Source: Auanema rhodensis (lineage: Eukaryota > Animalia > Nematoda). Taken from it: DNA of 64,000 nucleotides. The notes beneath the pieces are model-generated. The model made no database searches and was not told the DNA's origin. It saw nothing but the letters and a program-made list of their open reading frames with translations. Positions 51,201-64,000 of this stretch are shown here, one piece after another (position 1 is the stretch's first letter; every line of letters begins with the position of its first letter). The DNA lies in the NCBI GenBank assembly GCA_964057225.1, contig CAXKVF010000091.1:1-64000 (forward strand), read 5' to 3'. The translations under genes and the position numbers were made by a program.

Positions 51201-54200
51201 CGGTTTTCAAAATTAGATTCCCCATGTCTATATTAGTCTAAAAACAAATTTTTATTGATATTGGTGCATGGTAACCATGACTTTGGAATTTACGTGAACT
51301 TTAATTTATGCTAATTAAATGTACACGTGATGTGCACTTGGTATGTAACTCGCTTCACGTGAAAGATAAAGAGATGCGGTTTTCAAAATTAGATTCCTCA
51401 TGTCCATATTAGTCTAAAAACAAATTTTTATTGATATTGGTGCATGTAAACCATGACTTTGAAATTTACGTGAACTTTAATTTATGCTAATTAAATGTAC
51501 ACGTGATGTGCACTTGGTATGTAACTCGCTTCACGTGAAAGATAAAGAGATGCGATTTTCAAAATTAGATTCCCCATGTCCATATTAGTCTAAAAACAAA
51601 TTTTTATTGATATTGGTGCATGGTAACCATGACTTTGAAATTTACGTGAACTTTAATTTATGCTAATTAAATGTACACGTGATGTGCACTTGGTATGTAA
51701 CTCGCTTCACGTGAAAGATAAAGAGATGCGGTTTTCAAAATTAGATTCCCCATGTCCATATTAGTCTAAAAACAAATTTTTATTGATATTGGTGCATGGT
51801 AACCATGACTTTGAAATTTACGTGAACTTTAATTTATGCTAATTAAATGTACACGTGATGTGCACTTGGTATGTAACTCGCTTCACGTGAAAGATAAAGA
51901 GATGCGGTTTTCAAAATTAGATTCCCCATGTCCATATTAGTCTAAAAACAAATTTTTATTGATATTGCTTCATGGTAACCATGACTTTGAAATTTACGTG
52001 AACTTTAATTTATGCTAATTAAATGTACACGTGATGTGCACTTGGTATGTAACTCGCTTCACGTGAAAGATAAAGAGATGCGGTTTTCAAAATTAGATTC
52101 CCCATGTCCATATTAGTCTAAAAACAAATTTTTATTGATATTGGTGCATGGTAACCATGACTTTGAAATTTACGTGAACTTTAATTTATGCTAATTAAAT
52201 GTACACGTGATGTGCACTTGGTATGTAACTCGCTTCACGTGAAAGATAAAGAGATGCGGTTTTCAAAATTAGATTCCCCATGTCCATTTTAGTCTAAAAA
52301 CAAATTTTTATTGATATTGGTGCATGGTAACCATGACTTTGAAATTTACGTGAACTTTAATTTATGCTAATTAAATGTACACGTGATGTGCACTTGGTAT
52401 GTAACTCGCTTCACGTGAAAGATAAAGAGATGCGGTTTTCAAAATTAGATTCCCCATGTCCATATTAGTCTAAAAACAAATTTTTATTGATATTGGTGCA
52501 TGGTAACCATGACTTTGAAATTTACGTGAACTTTAATTTATGCTAATTAAATGTACACGTGATGTGCACTTGGTATGTAACTCGCTTCACGTGAAAGATA
52601 AAGAGATGCGGTTTTCAAAATTAGATTCCCCATGTCCATATTAGTCTAAAAACAAATTTTTATTGATATTGGTGCATGGTAACCATGACTTTGAAATTTA
52701 CGTGAACTTTAATTTATGCTAATTAAATGTACACGTGATGTGCACTTGGTATGTAACTCGCTTCACGTGAAAGATAAAGAGATGCGGTTTTCAAAATTAG
52801 ATTCCCCATGTCCATATTAGTCTAAAAACAAATTTTTATTGATATTGGTTCATGGTAACCATGACTTTGAAATTTACGTGAACTTTAATTTATGCTAATT
52901 AAATGTACACGTGATGTGCACTTGGTATGTAACTCGCTTCACGTGAAAGATGAAGAGATGCGGTTTTCAAAATTAGATTCCCCATGTCCATATTAGTCTA
53001 AAAACAAATTTTTATTGATATTGGTGCATGGTAACCATGACTTTGAAATTTACGTGAACTTTAATTTATGCTAATTAAATGTACACGTGATGTGCACTTG
53101 GTATGTAACTCGCTTCACGTGAAAGATAAAGAGATGCGGTTTTCAAAATTAGATTACCCATGTCCATATTAGTCTAAAAACAAATTTTTATTGATATTGG
53201 TGCATGGTAACCATGACTTTGAAATTTTCGTGAACTTTAATTTATGCTAATTAAATTTACACGTGATGTGCACTTGGTATGTAACTCGCTTCACGTGAAA
53301 GATAAAGAGATGCGGTTTTCAAAATTAGATTCCCCATGTCCATATTAGTCTAAAAACAAATTTTTATTGATATTGGTGCATGGTAACCATGACTTTGAAA
53401 TTTACGTGAACTTTAATTTATGCTAATTAAATGTACACGTGATGTGCACTCGGTATGTAACTCGCTTCACGTGAAAGATGAAGAGATGCGGTTTTCAAAA
53501 TTAGATTCCTCATGTCCATATTAGTCTAAAAACAAATTTTTATTGATATTGGTGCATGGTAACCATGACTTTGAAATTTACGTGAACTTTAATTTATGCT
53601 AATTAAATGTACACTTGATGTGCACTTGGTATGTAACTCGCTTCACGTGAAAGATGAAGAGATGCGGTTTTCAAAATTAGATTCCCCATGTCCATATTAG
53701 TCTAAAAACAAATTTTTATTGATATTGGTGTATGGTAACCATGACTTTGAAATTTACGTGAACTTTAATTTATGCTAATTAAATGTACACGTGATGTGCA
53801 CTTGGTATGTAACTCGCTTCACGTGAAAGATAAAGAGATGCGGTTTTCAAAAATTAGATTCCCCATGTCCATATTAGTCTAAAAACAAATTTTTATTGAT
53901 ATTGGTGCATGGTAACCATGACTTTGAAATTTACGTGAACTTTAATTTATGCTAATTAAATGTACACGTGATGTGCACTTGGTATGTAACTCGCTTCACG
54001 TGAAAGATAAAGAGATGCGGTTTTCAAAATTAGATTCCCCATGTCCATATTAGTCTAAAAACAAATTTTTATTGATATTGGTTCATGGTAACCATGACTT
54101 TGAAATTTACGTGAACTTTAATTTATGCTAATTAAATGTACACGTGATGTGCACTTGGTATGTAACTCGCTTCACGTGAAAGATAAAGAGATGCGGTTAT

Positions 54201-57200
54201 CAAAATTAGATTCCCCATGTCCATATTAGTCTAAAAACAAATTTTTATTGATATTGGTGCATGGTAACCATGACTTTGAAATTTACGTGAACTTTAATTT
54301 ATGCTAATTAAATGTACACGTGATGTGCACTTGGTATGTAACTCGCTTCACGTGAAAGACAAAGAGATGCGGTTTTCAAAATTAGATTCCCCATGTCCAT
54401 ATTAGTCTAAAAACAAATTTTTATTGATATTGCTTCATGGTAACCATGACTTTGAAATTTACGTGAACTTTAATTTATGCTAATTAAATGTACACGTGAT
54501 GTGCACTTGGTATGTAACTCGCTTCACGTGAAAGATAAAGAGATGCGGTTTTCAAAATTAGATTCCCCATGTCCATATTAGTCTAAAAACAAATTTTTAT
54601 TGATTTGGTGCATGGTAACCATGACTTTGAAATTTACGTGAACTTTAATTTATGCTAATTAAATGTACACGTGATGTGCACTTGGTATGTAACTCGCTTC
54701 ACGTGAAAGATAAAGAGATGCGGTTTTCAAAATTAGATTCCCCATGTCCATATTAGTCTAAAAACAAATTTTTATTGATATTGCTTCATGGTAACCATGA
54801 CTTTGAAATTTACGTCAACTTTAATTTATGCTAATTAAATGTACACGTGATGTGCACTTGGTATGTAACTCGCTTCACGTGAAAGATAAAGAGATGCGGT
54901 TATCAAAATTAGATTCCCCATGTCCATATTAGTCTAAAAACAAATTTTTATTGATATTGGTGCATGGTAACCATGACTTTGAAATTTACGTGAACTTTAA
55001 TTTATGCTAATTAAATGTACACGTGATGTGCACTTGGTATGTAACTCGCTTCACGTGAAAGATAAAGAGATGCGGTTTTCAAAATTAGATTCCCCATGTC
55101 CATATTAGTCTAAAAACAAATTTTTATTGATATTGCTTCATGGTAACCATGACTTTGAAATTTACGTGAACTTTAATTTATGCTAATTAAATGTACACGT
55201 GATGTGCACTTGGTATGTAACTCGCTTCACGTGAAAGATAAAGAGATGCGGTTTTCAAAATTAGATTCCCCATGTCCATATTAGTCTAAAAACAAATTTT
55301 TATTGATTTGGTGCATGGTAACCATGACTTTGAAATTTACGTGAACTTTAATTTATGCTAATTAAATGTACACGTGATGTGCTCTTGGTATGTAACTCGC
55401 TTCACGTGAAAGATAAAGAGATGCGGTTTTCAAAATTAGATTCCCCATGTCCATATTAGTCTAAAAACAAATTTTTATTGATATTGCTTCATGGTAACCA
55501 TGACTTTGAAATTTACGTCAACTTTAATTTATGCTAATTAAATGTACACGTGATGTGCACTTGGTATGTAACTCGCTTCACGTGAAAGATGAAGAGATGC
55601 GGTTTTCAAAATTAGATTCCCCATGTCTATATTAGTCTAAAAACAAATTTTTATTGATATTGGTGCATGGTAACCATGACTTTGGAATTTACGTGAACTT
55701 TAATTTATGCTAATTAAATGTACACGTGATGTGCACTTGGTATGTAACTCGCTTCACGTGAAAGATAAAGAGATGCGGTTTTCAAAATTAGATTCCTCAT
55801 GTCCATATTAGTCTAAAAACAAATTTTTATTGATATTGGTGCATGTAAACCATGACTTTGAAATTTACGTGAACTTTAATTTATGCTAATTAAATGTACA
55901 CGTGATGTGCACTTGGTATGTAACTCGCTTCACGTGAAAGATAAAGAGATGCGGTTTTCAAAATTAGATTCCCCATGTCCATATTAGTCTAAAAACAAAT
56001 TTTTATTGATATTGGTGCATGGTAACCATGACTTTGAAATTTACGTGAACTTTAATTTATGCTAATTAAATGTACACGTGATGTGCACTTGGTATGTAAC
56101 TCGCTTCACGTGAAAGATAAAGAGATGCGGTTTTCAAAATTAGATTCCCCATGTCCATATTAGTCTAAAAACAAATTTTTATTGATATTGGTGCATGGTA
56201 ACCATGACTTTGAAATTTACGTGAACTTTAATTTATGCTAATTAAATGTACACGTGATGTGCACTTGGTATGTAACTCGCTTCACGTGAAAGATAAAGAG
56301 ATGCGGTTTTCAAAATTAGATTCCCCATGTCCATATTAGTCTAAAAACAAATTTTTATTGATATTGGTGCATGGTAACCATGACTTTGAAATTTACGTGA
56401 ACTTTAATTTATGCTAATTAAATGTACACGTGATGTGCACTTGGTATGTAACTCGCTTCACGTGAAAGATAAAGAGATGCGGTTTTCAAAATTAGATTCC
56501 CCATGTCCATATTAGTCTAAAAACAAATTTTTATTGATATTGGTGCATGGTAACCATGACTTTGAAATTTACGTGAACTTTAATTTATGCTAATTAAATG
56601 TACACGTGATGTGCACTTGGTATGTAACTCGCTTCACGTGAAAGATGAAGAGATGCGGTTTTCAAAATTAGATTCCCCATGTCCATTTTAGTCTAAAAAC
56701 AAATTTTTATTGATATTGGTGCATGGTAACCATGACTTTGAAATTTACGTGAACTTTAATTTATGCTAATTAAATGTACACGTGATGTGCACTTGGTATG
56801 TAACTCGCTTCACGTGAAAGATAAAGAGATGCGGTTTTCAAAATTAGATTCCCCATGTCCATATTAGTCTAAAAACAAATTTTTATTGATATTGGTGCAT
56901 GGTAACCATGACTTTGAAATTTACGTGAACTTTAATTTATGCTAATTAAATGTACACGTGATGTGCACTTGGTATGTAACTCGCTTCACGTGAAAGATAA
57001 AGAGATGCGGTTTTCAAAATTAGATTCCCCATGTCCATATTAGTCTAAAAACAAATTTTTATTGATATTGGTGCATGGTAACCATGACTTTGAAATTTAC
57101 GTGAACTTTAATTTATGCTAATTAAATGTACACGTGATGTGCACTTGGTATGTAACTCGCTTCACGTGAAAGATAAAGAGATGCGGTTTTCAAAATTAGA

Positions 57201-60200
57201 TTCCCCATGTCCATATTAGTCTAAAAACAAATTTTTATTGATATTGGTGCATGGTAACCATGACTTTGAAATTTACGTGAACTTTAATTTATGCTAATTA
57301 AATGTACACGTGATGTGCACTTGGTATGTAACTCGCTTCACGTGAAAGATGAAGAGATGCGGTTTTCAAAATTAGATTCCCCATGTCCATATTAGTCTAA
57401 AAACAAATTTTTATTGATATTGGTGCATGGTAACCATGACTTTGAAATTTACGTGAACTTTAATTTATGCTAATTAAATGTACACGTGATGTGCACTTGG
57501 TATGTAACTCGCTTCACGTGAAAGATAAAGAGATGCGGTTTTCAAAATTAGATTCCCCATGTCCATATTAGTCTAAAAACAAATTTTTATTGATATTGGT
57601 GCATGGTAACCATGACTTTGGAATTTACGTGAACTTTAATTTATGCTAATTAAATGTACACGTGATGTGCACTTGGTATGTAACTCGCTTCACGTGAAAG
57701 ATAAAGAGATGCGGTTTTCAAAATTAGATTCCCCATGTCCATATTAGTCTAAAAACAAATTTTTATTGATATTGGTGCATGTAAACCATGACTTTGAAAT
57801 TTACGTGAACTTTAATTTATGCTAATTAAATGTACACGTGATGTGCACTTGGTATGTAACTCGCTTCACGTGAAAGATAAAGAGATGCGGTTTTCAAAAT
57901 TAGATTCCCCATGTCCATATTAGTCTAAAAACAAATTTTTATTGATATTGGTGCATGGTAACCATGACTTTGAAATTTACGTGAACTTTAATTTATGCTA
58001 ATTAAATGTACACGTGATGTGCACTTGGTATGTAACTCGCTTCACGTGAAAGATAAAGAGATGCGGTTTTCAAAATTAGATTCCCCATGTCCATATTAGT
58101 CTAAAAACAAATTTTTATTGATATTGGTGCATGGTAACCATGACTTTGAAATTTACGTGAACTTTAATTTATGCTAATTAAATGTACACGTGATGTGCAC
58201 TTGGTATGTAACTCGCTTCACGTGAAAGATAAAGAGATGCGGTTTTCAAAATTAGATTCCCCATGTCCATATTAGTCTAAAAACAAATTTTTATTGATAT
58301 TGCTTCATGGTAACCATGACTTTGAAATTTACGTGAACTTTAATTTATGCTAATTAAATGTACACGTGATGTGCACTTGGTATGTAACTCGCTTCACGTG
58401 AAAGATAAAGAGATGCGGTTTTCAAAATTAGATTCCCCATGTCCATATTAGTCTAAAAACAAATTTTTATTGATATTGGTGCATGGTAACCATGACTTTG
58501 AAATTTACGTGAACTTTAATTTATGCTAATTAAATGTACACGTGATGTGCACTTGGTATGTAACTCGCTTCACGTGAAAGATAAAGAGATGCGGTTTTCA
58601 AAATTAGATTCCCCATGTCCATTTTAGTCTAAAAACAAATTTTTATTGATATTGGTGCATGGTAACCATGACTTTGAAATTTACGTGAACTTTAATTTAT
58701 GCTAATTAAATGTACACGTGATGTGCACTTGGTATGTAACTCGCTTCACGTGAAAGATAAAGAGATGCGGTTTTCAAAATTAGATTCCCCATGTCCATAT
58801 TAGTCTAAAAACAAATTTTTATTGATATTGGTGCATGGTAACCATGACTTTGAAATTTACGTGAACTTTAATTTATGCTAATTAAATGTACACGTGATGT
58901 GCACTTGGTATGTAACTCGCTTCACGTGAAAGATAAAGAGATGCGGTTTTCAAAATTAGATTCCCCATGTCCATATTAGTCTAAAAACAAATTTTTATTG
59001 ATATTGGTGCATGGTAACCATGACTTTGAAATTTACGTGAACTTTAATTTATGCTAATTAAATGTACACGTGATGTGCACTTGGTATGTAACTCGCTTCA
59101 CGTGGAAGATAAAGAGATGCGGTTTTCAAAATTAGATTCCCTATGTCCATATTAGTCTAAAAACAAATTTTTATTGATATTGGTGCATGGTAACCATGAC
59201 TTTGAAATTTACGTGAACTTTAATTTATGCTAATTAAATGTACACGTGATGTGCACTTGGTATGTAACTCGCTTCACGTTAAAGATAAAGAGATGCGGTT
59301 TTCAAAATTAGATTCCCCATGTCCATATTAGTCTAAAAACAAATTTTTATTGATATTGGTGCATGGTAACCATGACTTTGAAATTTACGTGAACTTTAAT
59401 TTATGCTAATTAAATGTACACGTGATGTGCACTTGGTATGTAACTCGCTTCACGTGAAAGATAAAGAGATTCGGTTTTCAAAATTATATTCCCCATGTCC
59501 ATATTAGTCTAAAAACAAATTTTTATTGATATTGGTGCATGGTAACCATGACTTTGAAATTTACGTGAACTTTAATTTATGCTAATTAAATGTACACGTG
59601 ATGTGCACTTGGTATGTAACTCGCTTCACGTGAAAGATAAAGAGATGCGGTTTTCAAAATTAGATTCCCCATGTCCATATTAGTCTAAAAACAAATTTTT
59701 ATTGATATTGGTGCATGGTAACCATGACTTTGAAATTTACGTGAACTTTAATTTATGCTAATTAAATGTACACGTGATGTGCACTTGGTATGTAACTCGC
59801 TTCACGTGAAAGATAAAGAGATGCGGTTTTCAAAATTAGATTCCCCATGTCCATATTAGTCTAAAAACAAATTTTTATTGATATTGGTGCATGGTAACCA
59901 TGACTTTGAAATTTACGTGAACTTTAATTTATGCTAATTAAATGTACACGTGATGTGCACTTGGTATGTAACTCGCTTCACGTGAAAGATAAAGAGATGC
60001 GGTTTTCAAAATTAGATTCCCCATGTCCATATTAGTCTAAAAACAAATTTTTATTGATATTGGTGCATGGTAACCATGACTTTGAAATTTACGTGAACTT
60101 TAATTTATGCTAATTAAATGTACACGTGATGTGCACTTGGTATGTAACTCGCTTCACGTGAAAGATAAAGAGATGCGGTTTTCAAAATTAGATTCCCCAT

Positions 60201-63200
60201 GTCCATATTAGTCTAAAAACAAATTTTTATTGATATTGGTGCATGGTAACCATGACTTTGAACTTTACGTGAACTTTAATTTATGCTAATTAAATGTACA
60301 CTTGATGTGCACTCGGTATGTAACTCGCTTCACGTGAAAGATAAAGAGATGCGGTTTTCAAAATTAGATTCCCCATGTCCATATTAGTCTAAAAACAAAT
60401 TTTTATTGATATTGGTGCATGGTAACCATGACTTTGAAATTTACGTGAACTTTAATTTATGCTAATTAAATGTACACTTGATGTGCACTCGGTATGTAAC
60501 TCGCTTCACGTGAAAGATAAAGAGATGCGGTTTTCAAAATTAGATTCCCCATGTCCATATTAATCTAAAAACAAATTTTTATTGATATTGGTGCATGGTA
60601 ACCATGACTTTGAAATTTACGTGAACTTTAATTTATGCTAATTAAATGTACACGTGATGTGCACTTGGTATGTAACTCGCTTCACGTGAAAGATGAAGAG
60701 ATGCGGTTTTCAAAATTAGATTACCCATGTCCATATTAGTCTAAAAACAAATTTTTATTGATATTGGTTCATGGTAACCATGACTTTGAAATTTTCGTGA
60801 ACTTTAATTTATGCTAATTAAATGTACACGTGATGTGCACTTGGTATGTAACTCGCTTCACGTGAAAGATAAAGAGATGCGGTTTTCAAAATTAGATTCC
60901 CCATGTCCATATTAGTCTAAAAACAAATTTTTATTGATATTGGTGCATGGTAACCATGACTTTGAACTTTACGTGAACTTTAATTTATGCTAATTAAATG
61001 TACACTTGATGTGCACTCGGTATGTAACTCGCTTCACGTGAAAGATAAAGAGATGCGGTTTTCAAAATTAGATTCCCCATGTCCATATTAGTCTAAAAAC
61101 AAATTTTTATTGATATTGGTGCATGGTAACCATGACTTTGAAATTTACGTGAACTTTAATTTATGCTAATTAAATGTACACTTGATGTGCACTCGGTATG
61201 TAACTCGCTTCACGTGAAAGATAAAGAGATGCGGTTTTCAAAATTAGATTCCTCATGTCCATATTAGTCTAAAAACAAATTTTTATTGATATTGGTGCAT
61301 GGTAACCATGACTTTGAAATTTACGTGATCTTTAATTTATGCTAATTAAATGTACACGTGATGTGCACTTGGTATGTAACTCGCTTCACGTGAAAGATAA
61401 AGAGATGCGGTTTTCAAAATTAGATTCCCCATGTCCATATTAGTCTAAAAACAAATTTTTATTGATATTGGTGCATGGTAACCATGACTTTGAACTTTAC
61501 GTGAACTTTAATTTATGCTAATTAAATGTACACGTGATGTGCACTTGGTATGTAACTCGCTTCACGTGAAAGATAAAGAGATGCGGTTTTCAAAATTAGA
61601 TTCCCCATGTCCATATTAGTCTAAAAACAAATTTTTATTGATATTGGTTCATGGTAACCATGACTTTGAAATTTACGTGAACTTTAATTTATGCTAATTA
61701 AATGTACACGTGATGTGCACTTGGTATGTAACTCGCTTCACGTGAAAGATGAAGAGATGCGGTTTTCAAAATTAGATTCCCCATGTCCATATTAGTCTAA
61801 AAACAAATTTTTATTGATATTGGTGCATGGTAACCATGACTTTGAAATTTACGTGAACTTTAATTTATGCTAATTAAATGTACACGTGATGTGCACTTGG
61901 TATGTAACTCGCTTCACGTGAAAGATAAAGAGATGCGGTTTTCAAAATTAGATTACCCATGTCCATATTAGTCTAAAAACAAATTTTTATTGATATTGGT
62001 GCATGGTAACCATGACTTTGAAATTTTCGTGAACTTTAATTTATGCTAATTAAATTTACACGTGATGTGCACTTGGTATGTAACTCGCTTCACGTGAAAG
62101 ATGAAGAGATGCGGTTTTCAAAATTAGATTCCCCATGTCCATATTAGTCTAAAAACAAATTTTTATTGATATTGGTGCATGGTAACCATGACTTTGAAAT
62201 TTACGTGAACTTTAATTTATGCTAATTAAATGTACACGTGATGTGCACTCGGTATGTAACTCGCTTCACGTGAAAGATGAAGAGATGCGGTTTTCAAAAT
62301 TAGATTCCTCATGTCCATATTAGTCTAAAAACAAATTTTTATTGATATTGGTGCATGGTAACCATGACTTTGAAATTTACGTGAACTTTAATTTATGCTA
62401 ATTAAATGTACACGTGATGTGCACTTGGTATGTAACTCGCTTCACGTGAAAGATAAAGAGATGCGGTTTTCAAAATTAGATTCCCCATGTCCATATTAGT
62501 CTAAAAACAAATTTTTATTGATATTGGTGTATGGTAACCATGACTTTGGAATTTACGTGAACTTTAATTTATGCTAATTAAATGTACACGTGATGTGCAC
62601 TTGGTATGTAACTCGCTTCACGTCAAAGATAAAGAGATGCGGTTTTTAAAATTAGATTCCCCTTGTCCATATTAGTCTAAAAACAAATTTTTATTGATAT
62701 TGGTTCATGGTAACCATGACTTTGAAATTTACGTGAACTTTAATTTATGCTAATTAAATGTACACGTGATGTGCACTCGGTATGTAACTCGCTTCACGTG
62801 AAAGATAAAGAGATGCGGTTTTCAAAATTAGATTCCCCATGTCCATATTAGTCTAAAAACAAATTTTTATTGATATTGGTGCGTGGTAACCATGACTTTG
62901 AAATTTACGTGAACTTTAATTTATGCTAATTAAATGTACACGTGATGTGCACTTGGTATGTAACTCGCTTCACGTGAAAGATAAAGAGATGCGGTTTTCA
63001 AAATTAGATTCCCCATGTCCATATTAGTCTAAAAACAAATTTTTATTGATATTGGTGCATGGTAACCATGACTTTGAAATTTACGTGAACTTTAATTTAT
63101 GCTAATTAAATGTACACGTGATGTGCACTTGGTATGTAACTCGCTTCACGTGAAAGATAAAGAGATGCGGTTTTCAAAATTAGATTCCCCATGTCCATAT

Positions 63201-64000
63201 TAGTCTAAAAACAAATTTTTATTGATATTGGTGCATGGTAACCATGACTTTGAAATTTACGTGAACTTTAATTTATGCTAATTAAATGTACACGTGATGT
63301 GCACTTGGTATGTAACTCGCTTCACGTGAAAGATAAAGAGATGCGGTTTTCAAAATTAGATTCCCCATGTCCATATTAGTCTAAAAACAAATTTTTATTG
63401 ATATTGGTGCATGGTAACCATGACTTTGAAATTTACGTGAACTTTAATTTATGCTAATTAAATGTACACGTGATGTGCACTTGGTATGTAACTCGCTTCA
63501 CGTGAAAGATAAAGAGATGCGGTTTTCAAAATTAGATTCCCCATGTCCATATTAGTCTAAAAACAAATTTTTATTGATATTGGTTCATGGTAACCATGAC
63601 TTTGAAATTTACGTGAACTTTAATTTATGCTAATTAAATGTACACGTGATGTGCACTTGGTATGTAACTCGCTTCACGTAAAAGATAAAGAGATGCGGTT
63701 TTCAAAATTAGATTCCCCATGTCCATATTAGTCTAAAAACAAATTTTATTGATATTGGTTCATGGTAACCATGACTTTGAAATTTACGTGAACTTTAATT
63801 TATGCTAATTAAATGTACACGTGATGTGCACTTGGTATGTAACTCGCTTCACGTTAAAGATAAAGAGATGCGGTTTTCAAAATTAGATTCCCCATGTCCA
63901 TATTAGTCTAAAAACAAATTTTATTGATATTGGTTCATGGTAACCATGACTTTGAAATTTACGTGAACTTTAATTTATGCTAATTAAATGTACACGTGAT
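12246..64000. repeat. 176-bp tandem satellite array, right arm (~294 monomers; continues beyond window end)
   Basis: Same monomer and orientation as the left arm. Exact 176-bp phase is kept to ~28850 (unit starts 12841, 15481, 18121, 20761, 23401, 26041, 28681), after which occasional 175/177-bp monomers appear. Confidence 0.99.

Overview
Eukaryotic satellite DNA. About 59.6 kb of the window is a very homogeneous head-to-tail array of a 176-bp, ~32% GC, palindrome-rich monomer (~339 copies) showing nested block duplications and regionally restricted variants. One apparently intact 4.37-kb non-LTR retrotransposon interrupts it (7873-12245, minus strand, CR1/L2-like, with ORF1 and an APE-RT ORF2), flanked by a 19-bp target-site duplication. 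The most notable signal is at the end of ORF1, which reads UCC_UUU_CGU_UAA. This is the +1 ribosomal frameshift motif of influenza PA-X. ORF2 lies in the +1 frame and has no usable AUG after the ORF1 stop, which predicts a ~1291-aa ORF1-ORF2 fusion. The element also has only 5 nt upstream of the ORF1 ATG and a ~490-nt 3' UTR with a multi-stem core and a duplicated structural module. The host cannot be determined from the window. ORF1/RT motifs look like those of invertebrate, possibly nematode, CR1-type elements, but this is an impression and not a search result.
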